A stretch of DNA of 64,000 nt from Anaerolineae bacterium (GTDB lineage: Bacteria > Chloroflexota > Anaerolineae > UBA1429): assembly GCA_963675785.1 (NCBI GenBank), contig OY776562.1, positions 1,920,001 through 1,984,000 of the forward strand, in the 5' to 3' direction. The number at the start of each line of letters is the position of its first letter. Positions within the stretch are counted from its first letter, which is position 1. The position numbers and the translations under genes were made by a program. Under the pieces are notes generated by a model. That model saw nothing but the letters and a program-made list of their open reading frames with translations, ran no database searches and was not told the origin of the DNA. This document shows positions 50,226 to 58,775 of this stretch, piece by piece.

Positions 50226-51320
50226 CTACATTGAAATCAAGCACACATCATTATTCCCCGCAGCGTCACGTCGGCAAAAGACGATACGACTGCCATCTGG
50301 GCTAAAAGCCGGATGAGGATGGTACAGCGTATTGGCGATAGTCAATTCCTGATGGTGTGCCGCCAGTGGCGTCAACTCGTTGGTAGCCAAGTTCAGCAAC
50401 GTAACGTACTGGGGATCATCGCCCACGATCCAGCGCCCTTCCCGATCATTGATAAAATGACAAAAAGGATGCTCGGTGATGATCGTCTCGCGGCCAGTCG
50501 CCACATCCACCATCCGCACTGAAGTTGGCTCATCCAACGCGGGGCACGTATAGGCATAAGCCACACTGCGGCCGTCATCCAGCCAATATTCGTGGCCGAT
50601 GCGGATATCGGGATGCTCCTGATAGCGCAAGGGCCTGATATTGGAGCCATCCCATTTCATCAGCCACAAGCGTTGCTCCACGCGATCCCAGGGGCCCTCA
50701 TAGCAAAAGAGCAGCGTCGTGGGATCAGTGGGACAAAATAGCAAGTGTTGCAGGTTACGCTTTTCCTCGTGAGCCTTCCAGACTTTGGCCCCATCGGAGG
50801 TCATGACCCAAAAACTGCACAACGGGCGCACCTCGTAACGGCGAACGAAATCGGCCGGCCCATCCTCGGCGTGTTCATAAGCGCCCATCTCCATAAAGCC
50901 TAGATATTGGCCATCACGTGAGATATCCAACAAGACAAACTGACCAGTCTCGGGCGTTTCATGGGTGTGGATCAGCTTCTCTTCTAGCGTCTCGATGTTG
51001 AGCTGATAGACTAGATCTCCCTGGGTATAGTAGATGAGTGGCCTATACGGATCCACGCTGGGCCGACCGGGATCCAGGGTACAGTCTGTAAGACGGCGGA
51101 TCCGCTCTTTTTGCAGATCGTAAGCGTAAATCTGCCAACTGCCGGTACGGTCAGAGTTGATGAGCAGATAACGGCCATTGTCCACAAAGTTGAGGCGATT
51201 GAAATAGACGTGCTTGTTGTTGCCCTCGCCTTTGGTAATCTGGGCGTAACTACGACCAGTCACCTCATCCTCGATGGTCAACGGCGGATAGTCGTACCAC
51301 ACTCCTCGATCCCACATCAT
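50226..51320 (-). CDS. oligogalacturonate lyase-like beta-propeller protein
   Basis: HVYF, SDRTG, CYEGPW..RLW, GHEYW, HPHPAFSPDG. Confidence 0.8.
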   Translation of the reverse strand: MMWDRGVWYDYPPLTIEDEVTGRSYAQITKGEGNNKHVYFNRLNFVDNGRYLLINSDRTGSWQIYAYDLQKERIRRLTDCTLDPGRPSVDPYRPLIYYTQGDLVYQLNIETLEEKLIHTHETPETGQFVLLDISRDGQYLGFMEMGAYEHAEDGPADFVRRYEVRPLCSFWVMTSDGAKVWKAHEEKRNLQHLLFCPTDPTTLLFCYEGPWDRVEQRLWLMKWDGSNIRPLRYQEHPDIRIGHEYWLDDGRSVAYAYTCPALDEPTSVRMVDVATGRETIITEHPFCHFINDREGRWIVGDDPQYVTLLNLATNELTPLAAHHQELTIANTLYHPHPAFSPDGSRIVFCRRDAAGNNDVCLISM

Positions 51321-51557
51321 GCTCTGTTCTCCTCAAAAGACTCGGCGGCAGCTTGCAGGTGAGGTATCCATTACCCTCTCGAAATCCGTGGCTAGCAGAA
51401 TATGGTCATCGGCGTAAACACGTGAGGCATCACCCTGGGCGCGAGCACGATCCCAACAAGGGTTATAGTCAGCTAATCCGGGCATACGGCAGCTTTCTTT
51501 CGCTAACAATCCGCCCTTGTATACATGCCGTTGGTGCCCGCGTCAACCATTAGCGGC

Positions 51558-51593
51558 AAACAAAAAGGCACAACTCTTTCGAGTTGTGCCTTT
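51558..51593 (-). terminator. terminator downstream of the nuclease-NTPase gene
   Basis: AAAGGCACAACTC-GAAA-GAGTTGTGCCTTTTTGTTT on the minus strand. Confidence 0.88.
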
Positions 51594-54243
51594 CCAACAT
51601 GATGCATTCGATAGTTAGTTTCTCAACACGGAAGTTCCTTGTCAAGTATACGATCAACCTGGTTCCAATCTGAATTTCCATCAAAATATCTATCAATATC
51701 AAAATCTTCTCGGTCAGGCTGCAAGTAGCTGTTTACTGCATTTTCTATTTCATCGTAAGGAACAGAAACATTATCTATCCAATCGCTTATGTAATTGCTG
51801 TAGATATCATTGATATTCTCTAAAGCTGCCCCGATTTCCTCTTTAGCTCGTTCTTCGACCATGTCATGGATCCGGTCAATTGCAGATCCAGCAATTTCAT
51901 CTAACTCGCATGGCCTCTTTGTATTTTTTGTTATCTCATCAATTATTGAATCTATATCCGTATCTTGAACAAAATCGCTGATGAAATACGCGTAAGCATA
52001 TTGCTTAATTGCTATGAAGATTGAATCACAGACGACCTCTAAAAGCTCTTGGAATTGCTTTTGAGTTATCTGGAAAGAACGTCTTTTCTCACAAAAACGC
52101 TCATGAAGCTGATTCACTACTTCCACCAGAGATTCCATTTCTAGATCCCCTAGCATTCTCTCAATAATACTTTTATTGCTCAATATTTGCTGGTCAATTT
52201 TGTAGAACGAAAATAAGGGATCGCATAAAAGAGAAAATAGTATCTTGTCTTTTTCATACCAATCCTTGCTAACAAATACCCCAGACGATATTTCTAGCAG
52301 GATCGGAATAATTAGTTCCGTATATCGCTGATCTAGAATTTTGAACTTACATACTCCATATAAAACGATTTCATCTATATGCCGTATTCTATCTTTTATA
52401 TTTAGTATGCTTCCATTTATTATTTTTTCTAATATCACTTCGTCAATTTTATCTCCATACAAACGTTCTAATTGTTCAAAATATACTGCCGAGCGTTTTA
52501 CATATTCCCAAAACGGTTCATTCTTGTTAAACACAATTCGCAGGTAATCATTAATTGACGGGTTTAGTACTTGTATTAGTTGTTCATTAGTTGAAGGTTG
52601 CACTACCTTAACGAGAGAGCCATTAAGCCGTGCAAGAGCCGCTTCGAAATGATTAATGGTAAAATCAATATCCGGAACTTGCAATAAGCAAGCAGTAAAA
52701 CATTCCTTAAGAATCTCTAGTTCAATAGAATCATCCGTTAATGAATAAAGAACTGCCATGAGTATTCTATCAACAGAACCTAAACGTCTCTCAAATTCCT
52801 CTCTCCAAACATCCTCAGGATTATCCAGACGATCAACTATGTAATCGTAGTATTTATTTGGACAAACAGAGTTATACCGATCCATTGAAGAAACATACTC
52901 GATAATTCGAGGATTATAATTGCGATGAGCAATAATCCTTCGGTAATTCTTGTGCGTCCTCACGCTAGAGTAATACTCATTTGGTACATGGTTAAGAATC
53001 AGATGATTATAGAAAATACGGGCCTTGTAAACATTGCCCATATCGTTCAGATCAATAATATAGAGTTTTATTTTTTCCGATTCAATATATCGAAGAAATT
53101 CTTGAGAACGTTCTTTGGCTGCATTAAGAACCGTTACACGCGAGTTGAGGAGAATGATCTTATTCGGAGTCATTTTCACATATTTCAACAAAGAAAGTAT
53201 TTCGTTTTCTTGCGTTTCTGAAATATGCAGATAGCACTGACCAAGACAGTCATCTATGAATATCATTTCTTTGATATCAGAATCTATTAAAAGAGAGTTT
53301 TTAACATCCCTAACGTTCCCTGCTGTTGTATATCGAACACGATATCCTTGTTTAGCAAAAAAGAGGACCAACATTTTCGATGTGATCGTTTTCCCTACTC
53401 CCGGATCCCCAATGAGCATCAAAGATCGAGTTTTTTCCAATACTTCAACACTTTTATCGAACAAAGGCGTTTGAACAAAGCGCCTGTTATCTTCTTCTGC
53501 ATCTGCCAACAATGACGCACAATCGATAAAGATATCTTGATTATTAATCTCAGATAAAATACCTGTAGCCGAAAACCAAAGTTTACAGTGTTTTCTTGCG
53601 ATCTCTATATTTTGGGGATCAGTAAGGAATCGATCTATTTCAAGCTGTGTGACAATGTTTTTAGCCGAATCCATATAGCTAGCAAACATATTATAAATGT
53701 CAGTGACATTTCCCCGAGTCAATTCCTTCAAACAGCAAATATAGTATTGTTCTGGAGCAAGTTGCTCTATCCTTTCAACTTCTTTCGATAGAGATCGTTT
53801 CAGATTTGAAAACGAGCTACGCATGTAATATTTGACTTGAACGATAATCCTGGGCTTTAAAACATCATCACACAGATCAATTCCCCCATCCTTACCTCGT
53901 CCGAAGCTCCTCAAACTCACGCCCAGCTTCTTCTCCATGATATCCTGGCACAATAATTCGAACTCATAGTCATCTATATTCAGATAATTGAGCATCTAGT
54001 TTGTCCTTCTCACCATTTTGAACGCCACCGAAGACAGTTATGCCAAAACTAAGCATAACAATCTCGCTACTTCTAACTTATTCATCCAGACGTATGAGCT
54101 TCCAGTTCTCTTCTGAAGAACATTAACTATAACTAGTCATTGATAACAAAATCAAAGTGAACTTACCTTCGCTCCAGTATATTATAGCAATCACAAGAGA
54201 AATTAGTAGCGTTCTCAAACGAGGAAAGGACCTAGAAGGACGA
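51594..54243. mobile_element. low-GC horizontally acquired islet at the 3' side of tRNA-Asp (no integrase)
   Basis: Abrupt AT-rich composition bounded by two terminators; position next to a tRNA 3' end. Confidence 0.6.
51623..53995 (-). CDS. Mrr-like restriction endonuclease fused to a STAND (nSTAND3-like) NTPase; candidate defence protein
   Basis: EFELLC..GKDGGID..IIVQVK (PD-(D/E)xK / QxK), Walker A GDPGVGKT, Walker B IFIDD, LLNSR, HRNYNPRIIE; strongly AT-rich. Confidence 0.82.
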   Translation of the reverse strand: MLNYLNIDDYEFELLCQDIMEKKLGVSLRSFGRGKDGGIDLCDDVLKPRIIVQVKYYMRSSFSNLKRSLSKEVERIEQLAPEQYYICCLKELTRGNVTDIYNMFASYMDSAKNIVTQLEIDRFLTDPQNIEIARKHCKLWFSATGILSEINNQDIFIDCASLLADAEEDNRRFVQTPLFDKSVEVLEKTRSLMLIGDPGVGKTITSKMLVLFFAKQGYRVRYTTAGNVRDVKNSLLIDSDIKEMIFIDDCLGQCYLHISETQENEILSLLKYVKMTPNKIILLNSRVTVLNAAKERSQEFLRYIESEKIKLYIIDLNDMGNVYKARIFYNHLILNHVPNEYYSSVRTHKNYRRIIAHRNYNPRIIEYVSSMDRYNSVCPNKYYDYIVDRLDNPEDVWREEFERRLGSVDRILMAVLYSLTDDSIELEILKECFTACLLQVPDIDFTINHFEAALARLNGSLVKVVQPSTNEQLIQVLNPSINDYLRIVFNKNEPFWEYVKRSAVYFEQLERLYGDKIDEVILEKIINGSILNIKDRIRHIDEIVLYGVCKFKILDQRYTELIIPILLEISSGVFVSKDWYEKDKILFSLLCDPLFSFYKIDQQILSNKSIIERMLGDLEMESLVEVVNQLHERFCEKRRSFQITQKQFQELLEVVCDSIFIAIKQYAYAYFISDFVQDTDIDSIIDEITKNTKRPCELDEIAGSAIDRIHDMVEERAKEEIGAALENINDIYSNYISDWIDNVSVPYDEIENAVNSYLQPDREDFDIDRYFDGNSDWNQVDRILDKELPC

Positions 54244-54278
54244 ACACAAAAAGGGTCAGCTCTCACGAGCTGACCCTT
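54243..54278 (-). terminator. tRNA-Asp terminator
   Basis: AAGGGTCAGCTC-GTGA-GAGCTGACCCTTTTTGTGTT on the minus strand. Confidence 0.9.
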
Positions 54279-54279
54279 A

Positions 54280-54356
54280 TGGCGGAAGCGACGGGAGTTG
54301 AACCCGCGATCTTCGGCTTGACAGGCCGACATGTTAGACCACTACACCACGCCTCC
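54280..54356 (-). tRNA. tRNA-Asp (GTC), CCA encoded
   Basis: GGAGGCG..TAGTGGTCTAAC..TCGGC-CTGTCAA-GCCGA..GGGTTCAACTCCC..CGCTTCC-G-CCA folds as a 77-nt cloverleaf. Confidence 0.97.
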
Positions 54357-54366
54357 AATGTCCACG

Positions 54367-54395
54367 ATAATAGCATAGATGCCCTGCGCCGCCAA
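54367..54395 (-). promoter_or_regulatory. tRNA promoter
   Basis: TTGGCG-17-TATTAT with an extended -10 TG. Confidence 0.6.
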
Positions 54396-54409
54396 AAACA
54401 GGTGTCGTC

Positions 54410-54438
54410 TCGACGCTATAGCCGAGCAGTGCTAGAAT
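54410..54438 (+). promoter_or_regulatory. promoter of dehydrogenase copy 1
   Basis: TCGACG-17-TAGAAT, TG at -15. Confidence 0.6.
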
Positions 54439-54556
54439 GCCCGTAGCAATTTCTGAGGTCCAGCCCCTGTGCGGCAAACTGACGATGACTGTCAAAGGTG
54501 AACCTTCATTCAAACGCGCACCGTAAAAAGCCATATCACCTTAGGAGTTTGACCCT

Positions 54557-55504
54557 ATGCCCTATCAAGTGTTGACGAACCAGGAACCCGTTGAAACTGT
54601 CCTCGACCTCGTAGGCGACGAGGTCGAATTTCATGTTTGGGATCCAAACGACCAAGACTTGGCTGCCAAGCTGCCCGAGATCGAGGGTGTTTATCTCTAT
54701 GGCCTTTTGCGTGTAACTCGCGAATTGATGGACAAGATGCCAGCGCTCAAAGTTGTGTGCACCACGAGTGTGGGCTATGACCATATCGATGTCGAGGCGG
54801 CCCGCGAACGGGGTATTGCTGTAGGCCACACGCCGCACGTGCTCAGTGGCGCTGTCGCCGATATGGCCTTTGCACTGATGCTCTCTTTGACGCGTAATGT
54901 ACTCCCCGCCAACGAATATGCCCACGGTTCCAAATTCACAGCTTTTCTCCCCGAAATATTCATGGGGCACGAAGTACACGATAGCACGATCGGCATTGTC
55001 GGCCTGGGCAACATTGGCAAAGAAATCGCCAAGCGAGCCCATGGCTTTGATATGAACATCCTCTATTACGATATCCGCCAGAATCCAGCGATTGAAGAGG
55101 CCTATGGCGCCCAATTCTGCGCCCTGAACGAGCTCTTCCAACATGCAGATTACGTGGTGCTCATGGTTCCCCTAACCAAATCCACCTATCATTTGATCGG
55201 CGAGGAACAATTGCGCCTGATGAAGCCCACCGCTGAACTCATCAATATCTCGCGCGGAGGCGTGCTCGACCACAAAGCGCTATACAAGGCACTCACAGAG
55301 GGCTGGATTCGTGGGGCGGCTCTAGACGTCACCGAACCCGAACCCCTGCCGCGCGACCATCCGTTGCTTGAGCTAGATAACCTCATCATCACGCCGCATC
55401 TGGGTACCTCCACCTGGGAGACGCGCGATGCCATGCTCGACCTGGCCATCCGCAATCTGCTGGCTGGTCTGCGCGGCGAGCCCATGCCCGCTCGTGCAGT
55501 CTAA
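54557..55504 (+). CDS. D-glycerate/glyoxylate reductase-like 2-hydroxyacid dehydrogenase, copy 1
   Basis: SVGYDHID, GLGNIG, YYDIR, NISRG, DVTEPEP, PHLG. Confidence 0.92.
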   Translation: MPYQVLTNQEPVETVLDLVGDEVEFHVWDPNDQDLAAKLPEIEGVYLYGLLRVTRELMDKMPALKVVCTTSVGYDHIDVEAARERGIAVGHTPHVLSGAVADMAFALMLSLTRNVLPANEYAHGSKFTAFLPEIFMGHEVHDSTIGIVGLGNIGKEIAKRAHGFDMNILYYDIRQNPAIEEAYGAQFCALNELFQHADYVVLMVPLTKSTYHLIGEEQLRLMKPTAELINISRGGVLDHKALYKALTEGWIRGAALDVTEPEPLPRDHPLLELDNLIITPHLGTSTWETRDAMLDLAIRNLLAGLRGEPMPARAV

Positions 55505-55515
55505 AAGATAGAATC

Positions 55516-55554
55516 AAAAAGCTCTTTATCTCAATTGAGGTGAAGAGCTTTTTT
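55516..55554 (+). terminator. terminator after copy 1
   Basis: AAAAAGCTCTTTATCTC...GAGGTGAAGAGCTTTTTT. Confidence 0.8.
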
Positions 55555-55581
55555 GTTAATAGAGCATCTACGGCACAGAGC

Positions 55582-55610
55582 TCGACCCCACATTTCTACA
55601 GTGTTACACT
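55582..55610 (+). promoter_or_regulatory. promoter of dehydrogenase copy 2
   Basis: TCGACC-17-TACACT, TG at -15. Confidence 0.6.
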
Positions 55611-55680
55611 ACAGACATCACAATCTATCAATTATGGCTACCCCTTATTACGCCGATTACCTCGAATCAGGAGTGTCGAT

Positions 55681-56628
55681 ATGGCTCATCAGGTTTTGAC
55701 AAACGAACCCCCTACAGCCGATTTACTCTCACTCACCGGCGATCAAATCGACTTTTACGTGTGGGATCCAGAAAACGCGCAAATCCAAGCGCTGCTTCCT
55801 CAGATTGAAGGCATCTTTTTGCGTAGCCATTTGCACATCGATGGCGCTTTTATGGACCGTCTGCCAGCACTCAAAGTCATTAGCAACACAGGCGTCGGTG
55901 TCGATCACATCAATCTGGATGATGCTCGCGCACGCGGTATTCCCGTAGGCAACACTCCCAGCGTGCTCAATGGCGCAGTGGCCGATATGGCCTTTGCCCT
56001 CATGCTCGCTTTCTCGCGCAATCTGGTGCCCGCAGCCAATTATGCCTGTTCGCCCAAATTCACGACCTATGAAGTGAATGCTTTTCTCGGCCACGAGGTA
56101 CACAGCACAACCCTCGGCATCATCGGCCTGGGAAAAATCGGCCAAGAAATAGCCAAGCGTGCCCAAGGATTCGGCATGTCAATCTTGTACTATAACCGCC
56201 ACCGTGATCCTTATGCAGAACAAACTTTGGAAGCGGTGTACTGTCCACTATCCGAACTCTTGAGTCGCTCCGACTATGTGGTGCTCATGGTCCCCCTCAC
56301 CAGCGAAACCCGCCACATGATTGGGCAAACCGAACTGCGGCAGATGAAATCCTCTGCCGTCCTGGTCAACATGGCCCGTGGTGGCGTGGTTGACCATGAT
56401 GCTTTGGTCATCGCCCTACAGAAAAATTGGATTCGCGGAGCCGCGCTTGACGTTACGGAGCCCGAGCCCTTACCGCGTGATCATCCCTTGCTCACCATCG
56501 ATAACGTGCTCATCTTGCCCCATCTGGGCAGTGCCACAGTGGAAACACGCCAAGCCATGTTGGAATTATCCGTCGCCAATCTTTTTGCCGGATTGCGCGG
56601 CGAAGCCCTCCCCGCTCGCATTGCCTGA
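55681..56628 (+). CDS. 2-hydroxyacid dehydrogenase, copy 2
   Basis: GVGVDHI, GLGKIG, YYNRHR, NMARG, PHLGSAT; ATG 55681 after AGGAG. Confidence 0.92.
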   Translation: MAHQVLTNEPPTADLLSLTGDQIDFYVWDPENAQIQALLPQIEGIFLRSHLHIDGAFMDRLPALKVISNTGVGVDHINLDDARARGIPVGNTPSVLNGAVADMAFALMLAFSRNLVPAANYACSPKFTTYEVNAFLGHEVHSTTLGIIGLGKIGQEIAKRAQGFGMSILYYNRHRDPYAEQTLEAVYCPLSELLSRSDYVVLMVPLTSETRHMIGQTELRQMKSSAVLVNMARGGVVDHDALVIALQKNWIRGAALDVTEPEPLPRDHPLLTIDNVLILPHLGSATVETRQAMLELSVANLFAGLRGEALPARIA

Positions 56629-56641
56629 TCGACGAAAAATC

Positions 56642-56673
56642 AAGGCTCCTCTTTGTTAAAGAGGAGCCTTTTT
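56642..56673 (+). terminator. terminator after copy 2
   Basis: AAGGCTCCTCTTT-gtt-AAAGAGGAGCCTTTTT. Confidence 0.88.
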
Positions 56674-56718
56674 CTCCCTACAGAGTCAAACGTTGTAGTA
56701 CTTGCACAATAGCCAAGC

Positions 56719-56747
56719 TCGACGCCTCAGCCAGGTGATGCTAAACT
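56719..56747 (+). promoter_or_regulatory. promoter of dehydrogenase copy 3
   Basis: TCGACG-17-TAAACT, TG at -15. Confidence 0.6.
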
Positions 56748-56808
56748 GGTCAATGATTGAATCTCAATATACAGCTTTTTCCCACACACATGATCAGGAG
56801 TTTACGAA

Positions 56809-57756
56809 ATGGCCTACCAGGTTTTAACGAACATCCCCCCTTTACCCAAGGTACGTGAGGCAGCTGGCGACCTGATCGATTTTCATGTGTGGGATCCCGA
56901 TGATGCCGAAATAGTAGCCAAGCTGTCCGAGATCGAGGGCATATTTATCTACGGCTTGCTGCCCATCGATGGCGCTTTTATGGACCGCATGCCCAAGCTC
57001 AAGGTCATTTGCACCACCAGCGTCGGCGTCGATCACATTAACCTGAATGACGCCCGTGCCCGCGGCATTCCTGTGGGCAATGTGCCCGGCATCCTCGATG
57101 GCGCCGTGGCCGACTTGGCTTTTGCTATTTTGCTGGCCTATGCCCGCAACATCGTGACTGCCGTCAACTACGCCCATAGTCCCGAGTTTACTGTCTATGA
57201 CCCTACGGGGTTTATGGGACACGAAGTACACAGCACCACTCTGGGCATCATGGGCTTGGGCAATATCGGCAAGGCTATCGCCAAGCGTGCCCTCGCCTTT
57301 GATATGAACATCCTCTATCACAATCGTCACCGCGACCTGGAAGCCGAAAAGACCTACCATGCCGAATACTGTTCCATGCCCGATTTATTCGGTCGTGCCG
57401 ATTACGTGCTGCTGATGGTTCCCCTAACTCAAGAGACCTATCACATGATCGGCGCCGAGCAGCTGCATTGGCTGAAACCGACGGGCGTGCTAATCAATAT
57501 GGCCCGCGGCGGTGTGGTCGATCACGATGCCCTGGTTACCGCCCTGCAGGAAAAGTGGTTCCGTGGTGCGGTGTTGGATGTCACCGAGCCTGAGCCCCTG
57601 CCACGCGATCATCCCTTGCTCAGCATGGATAACGTACTCATCTCGCCACACCTCGGTAGTTCGACCATCGAGACGCGTGAGGCCATGATGGTTGCCTCTG
57701 TGGAAAACCTGCTGGCGGGATTGCGTGGCCAACCATTACCCATGCGCAAAGCTTGA
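56809..57756 (+). CDS. 2-hydroxyacid dehydrogenase, copy 3
   Basis: SVGVDHI, GLGNIG, YHNRHR, NMARG, PHLGSS. Confidence 0.92.
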   Translation: MAYQVLTNIPPLPKVREAAGDLIDFHVWDPDDAEIVAKLSEIEGIFIYGLLPIDGAFMDRMPKLKVICTTSVGVDHINLNDARARGIPVGNVPGILDGAVADLAFAILLAYARNIVTAVNYAHSPEFTVYDPTGFMGHEVHSTTLGIMGLGNIGKAIAKRALAFDMNILYHNRHRDLEAEKTYHAEYCSMPDLFGRADYVLLMVPLTQETYHMIGAEQLHWLKPTGVLINMARGGVVDHDALVTALQEKWFRGAVLDVTEPEPLPRDHPLLSMDNVLISPHLGSSTIETREAMMVASVENLLAGLRGQPLPMRKA

Positions 57757-57791
57757 TCAGAATTGGCGCTTTGGGGACCCTGTAATGCGAA

Positions 57792-57825
57792 GGGACGGAA
57801 TCTTTAAGATTCCGTCCCGTTGTTT
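57792..57825 (+). terminator. terminator after copy 3
   Basis: GGGACGGAATCT-tta-AGATTCCGTCCC-GTTGTTT. Confidence 0.8.
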
Positions 57826-57894
57826 TCTCTGTTTGGTCGCGATGGAACATCTTGTAACAAACCTGCTCTAGCTCGCTGCAGGCTTAAGCCGTCC

Positions 57895-58671
57895 TTACAC
57901 CAGTGTAAAGCCACCGTCTACCAAAATGAACTGTCCTTGCACATAACTCGAGGCATCGCTGGAGAGATAAAGCACGGTGCCATTCAACTCGCCATGTCGC
58001 CCAGGTCGACTTGATGGATTAAGGTACGAATAGCCCTTGAGGAACGCATCAGACTTGAACAACGTATCGCTGGTCATTTCGGTCTCAAACAGTGCCGGTC
58101 CAATGGCATTGACGGTAATACCATACTGAGCATAGCTTGCCGCCATGGCCATCGTTAGGCCCAGAACTGCGGCTTTGGAAGCATTATAGGAGTGACGAAT
58201 AAACGTATCTTCCTTGTTAGCCACAACTGCGTTGACCGAGGCGATGTTAACGATCTTGCCGTAACCCCGCTCTTTCATGTGCGGAACAATGTACTTGCTG
58301 GCCAAAAAGATGCCCTTGACGTTGGTATCAAAGGACCGATTCCATTCCTCTACCGTCAACGTGTCGACGCCACCCTTTACAGCCACGCCCGCGTTATTCA
58401 GCAGAATATCCACCTTGCCAAACTCGGCGATTACCGCTTCCATAGCTGCCTTGACGCTGTCTTCAGAGGTTACATCGCACTGCACTGCCAAAACACGATG
58501 GCCGTACTTTTCGAGGTCGGCCTTGACCGCTTCTAGCTTTTCCACACGGCGTGCCAGAATAGCAACATCTGCCCCTGCTTCGGCATAAGCCTGCGCGGCT
58601 TCTTTGCCTAACCCTGCAGATGCGCCAGTAACCACTGCTACCTTACCAGTCAAATCAAAGTAATTCACCAT
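57895..58671 (-). CDS. SDR oxidoreductase (gluconate 5-dehydrogenase-like)
   Basis: TGASAGLG, NNAG, YNASK, ILVDGG. Confidence 0.9.
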   Translation of the reverse strand: MVNYFDLTGKVAVVTGASAGLGKEAAQAYAEAGADVAILARRVEKLEAVKADLEKYGHRVLAVQCDVTSEDSVKAAMEAVIAEFGKVDILLNNAGVAVKGGVDTLTVEEWNRSFDTNVKGIFLASKYIVPHMKERGYGKIVNIASVNAVVANKEDTFIRHSYNASKAAVLGLTMAMAASYAQYGITVNAIGPALFETEMTSDTLFKSDAFLKGYSYLNPSSRPGRHGELNGTVLYLSSDASSYVQGQFILVDGGFTLV

Positions 58672-58775
58672 CATACACTCCTTCGTGCTAAATTGCACAA
58701 AGTGCATATTACGAGTCTGACTGGCTTTTGTCAAACTAAGAAAACCGCCGCCTGTAAAGTGTGTTTGGGTACGAA

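Noticed and set aside
51550-51620. att direct repeat of the tRNA-Asp 3' end
   Set aside because: No copy of TGGCGGAAGCGACGGG was found at the far end; only terminator similarity remains.
8653-54278. Shared GGTCAG/CTGACC stem in three terminators (8653, 20947, 54251) as a REP family
   Set aside because: Only 6-8 bp are shared, with different loops and lengths; insufficient for a repeat family.
54123-54534. 69-aa and 66-aa minus-strand ORFs
   Set aside because: They overlap the tRNA-Asp and its promoter/terminator; spurious.
54557-57756. Phosphite dehydrogenase (PtxD), given the nearby phn/pst genes
   Set aside because: They lack the PtxD LKGxDN motif (they have SVGYDH/GVGVDH) and are not linked to the transporter.
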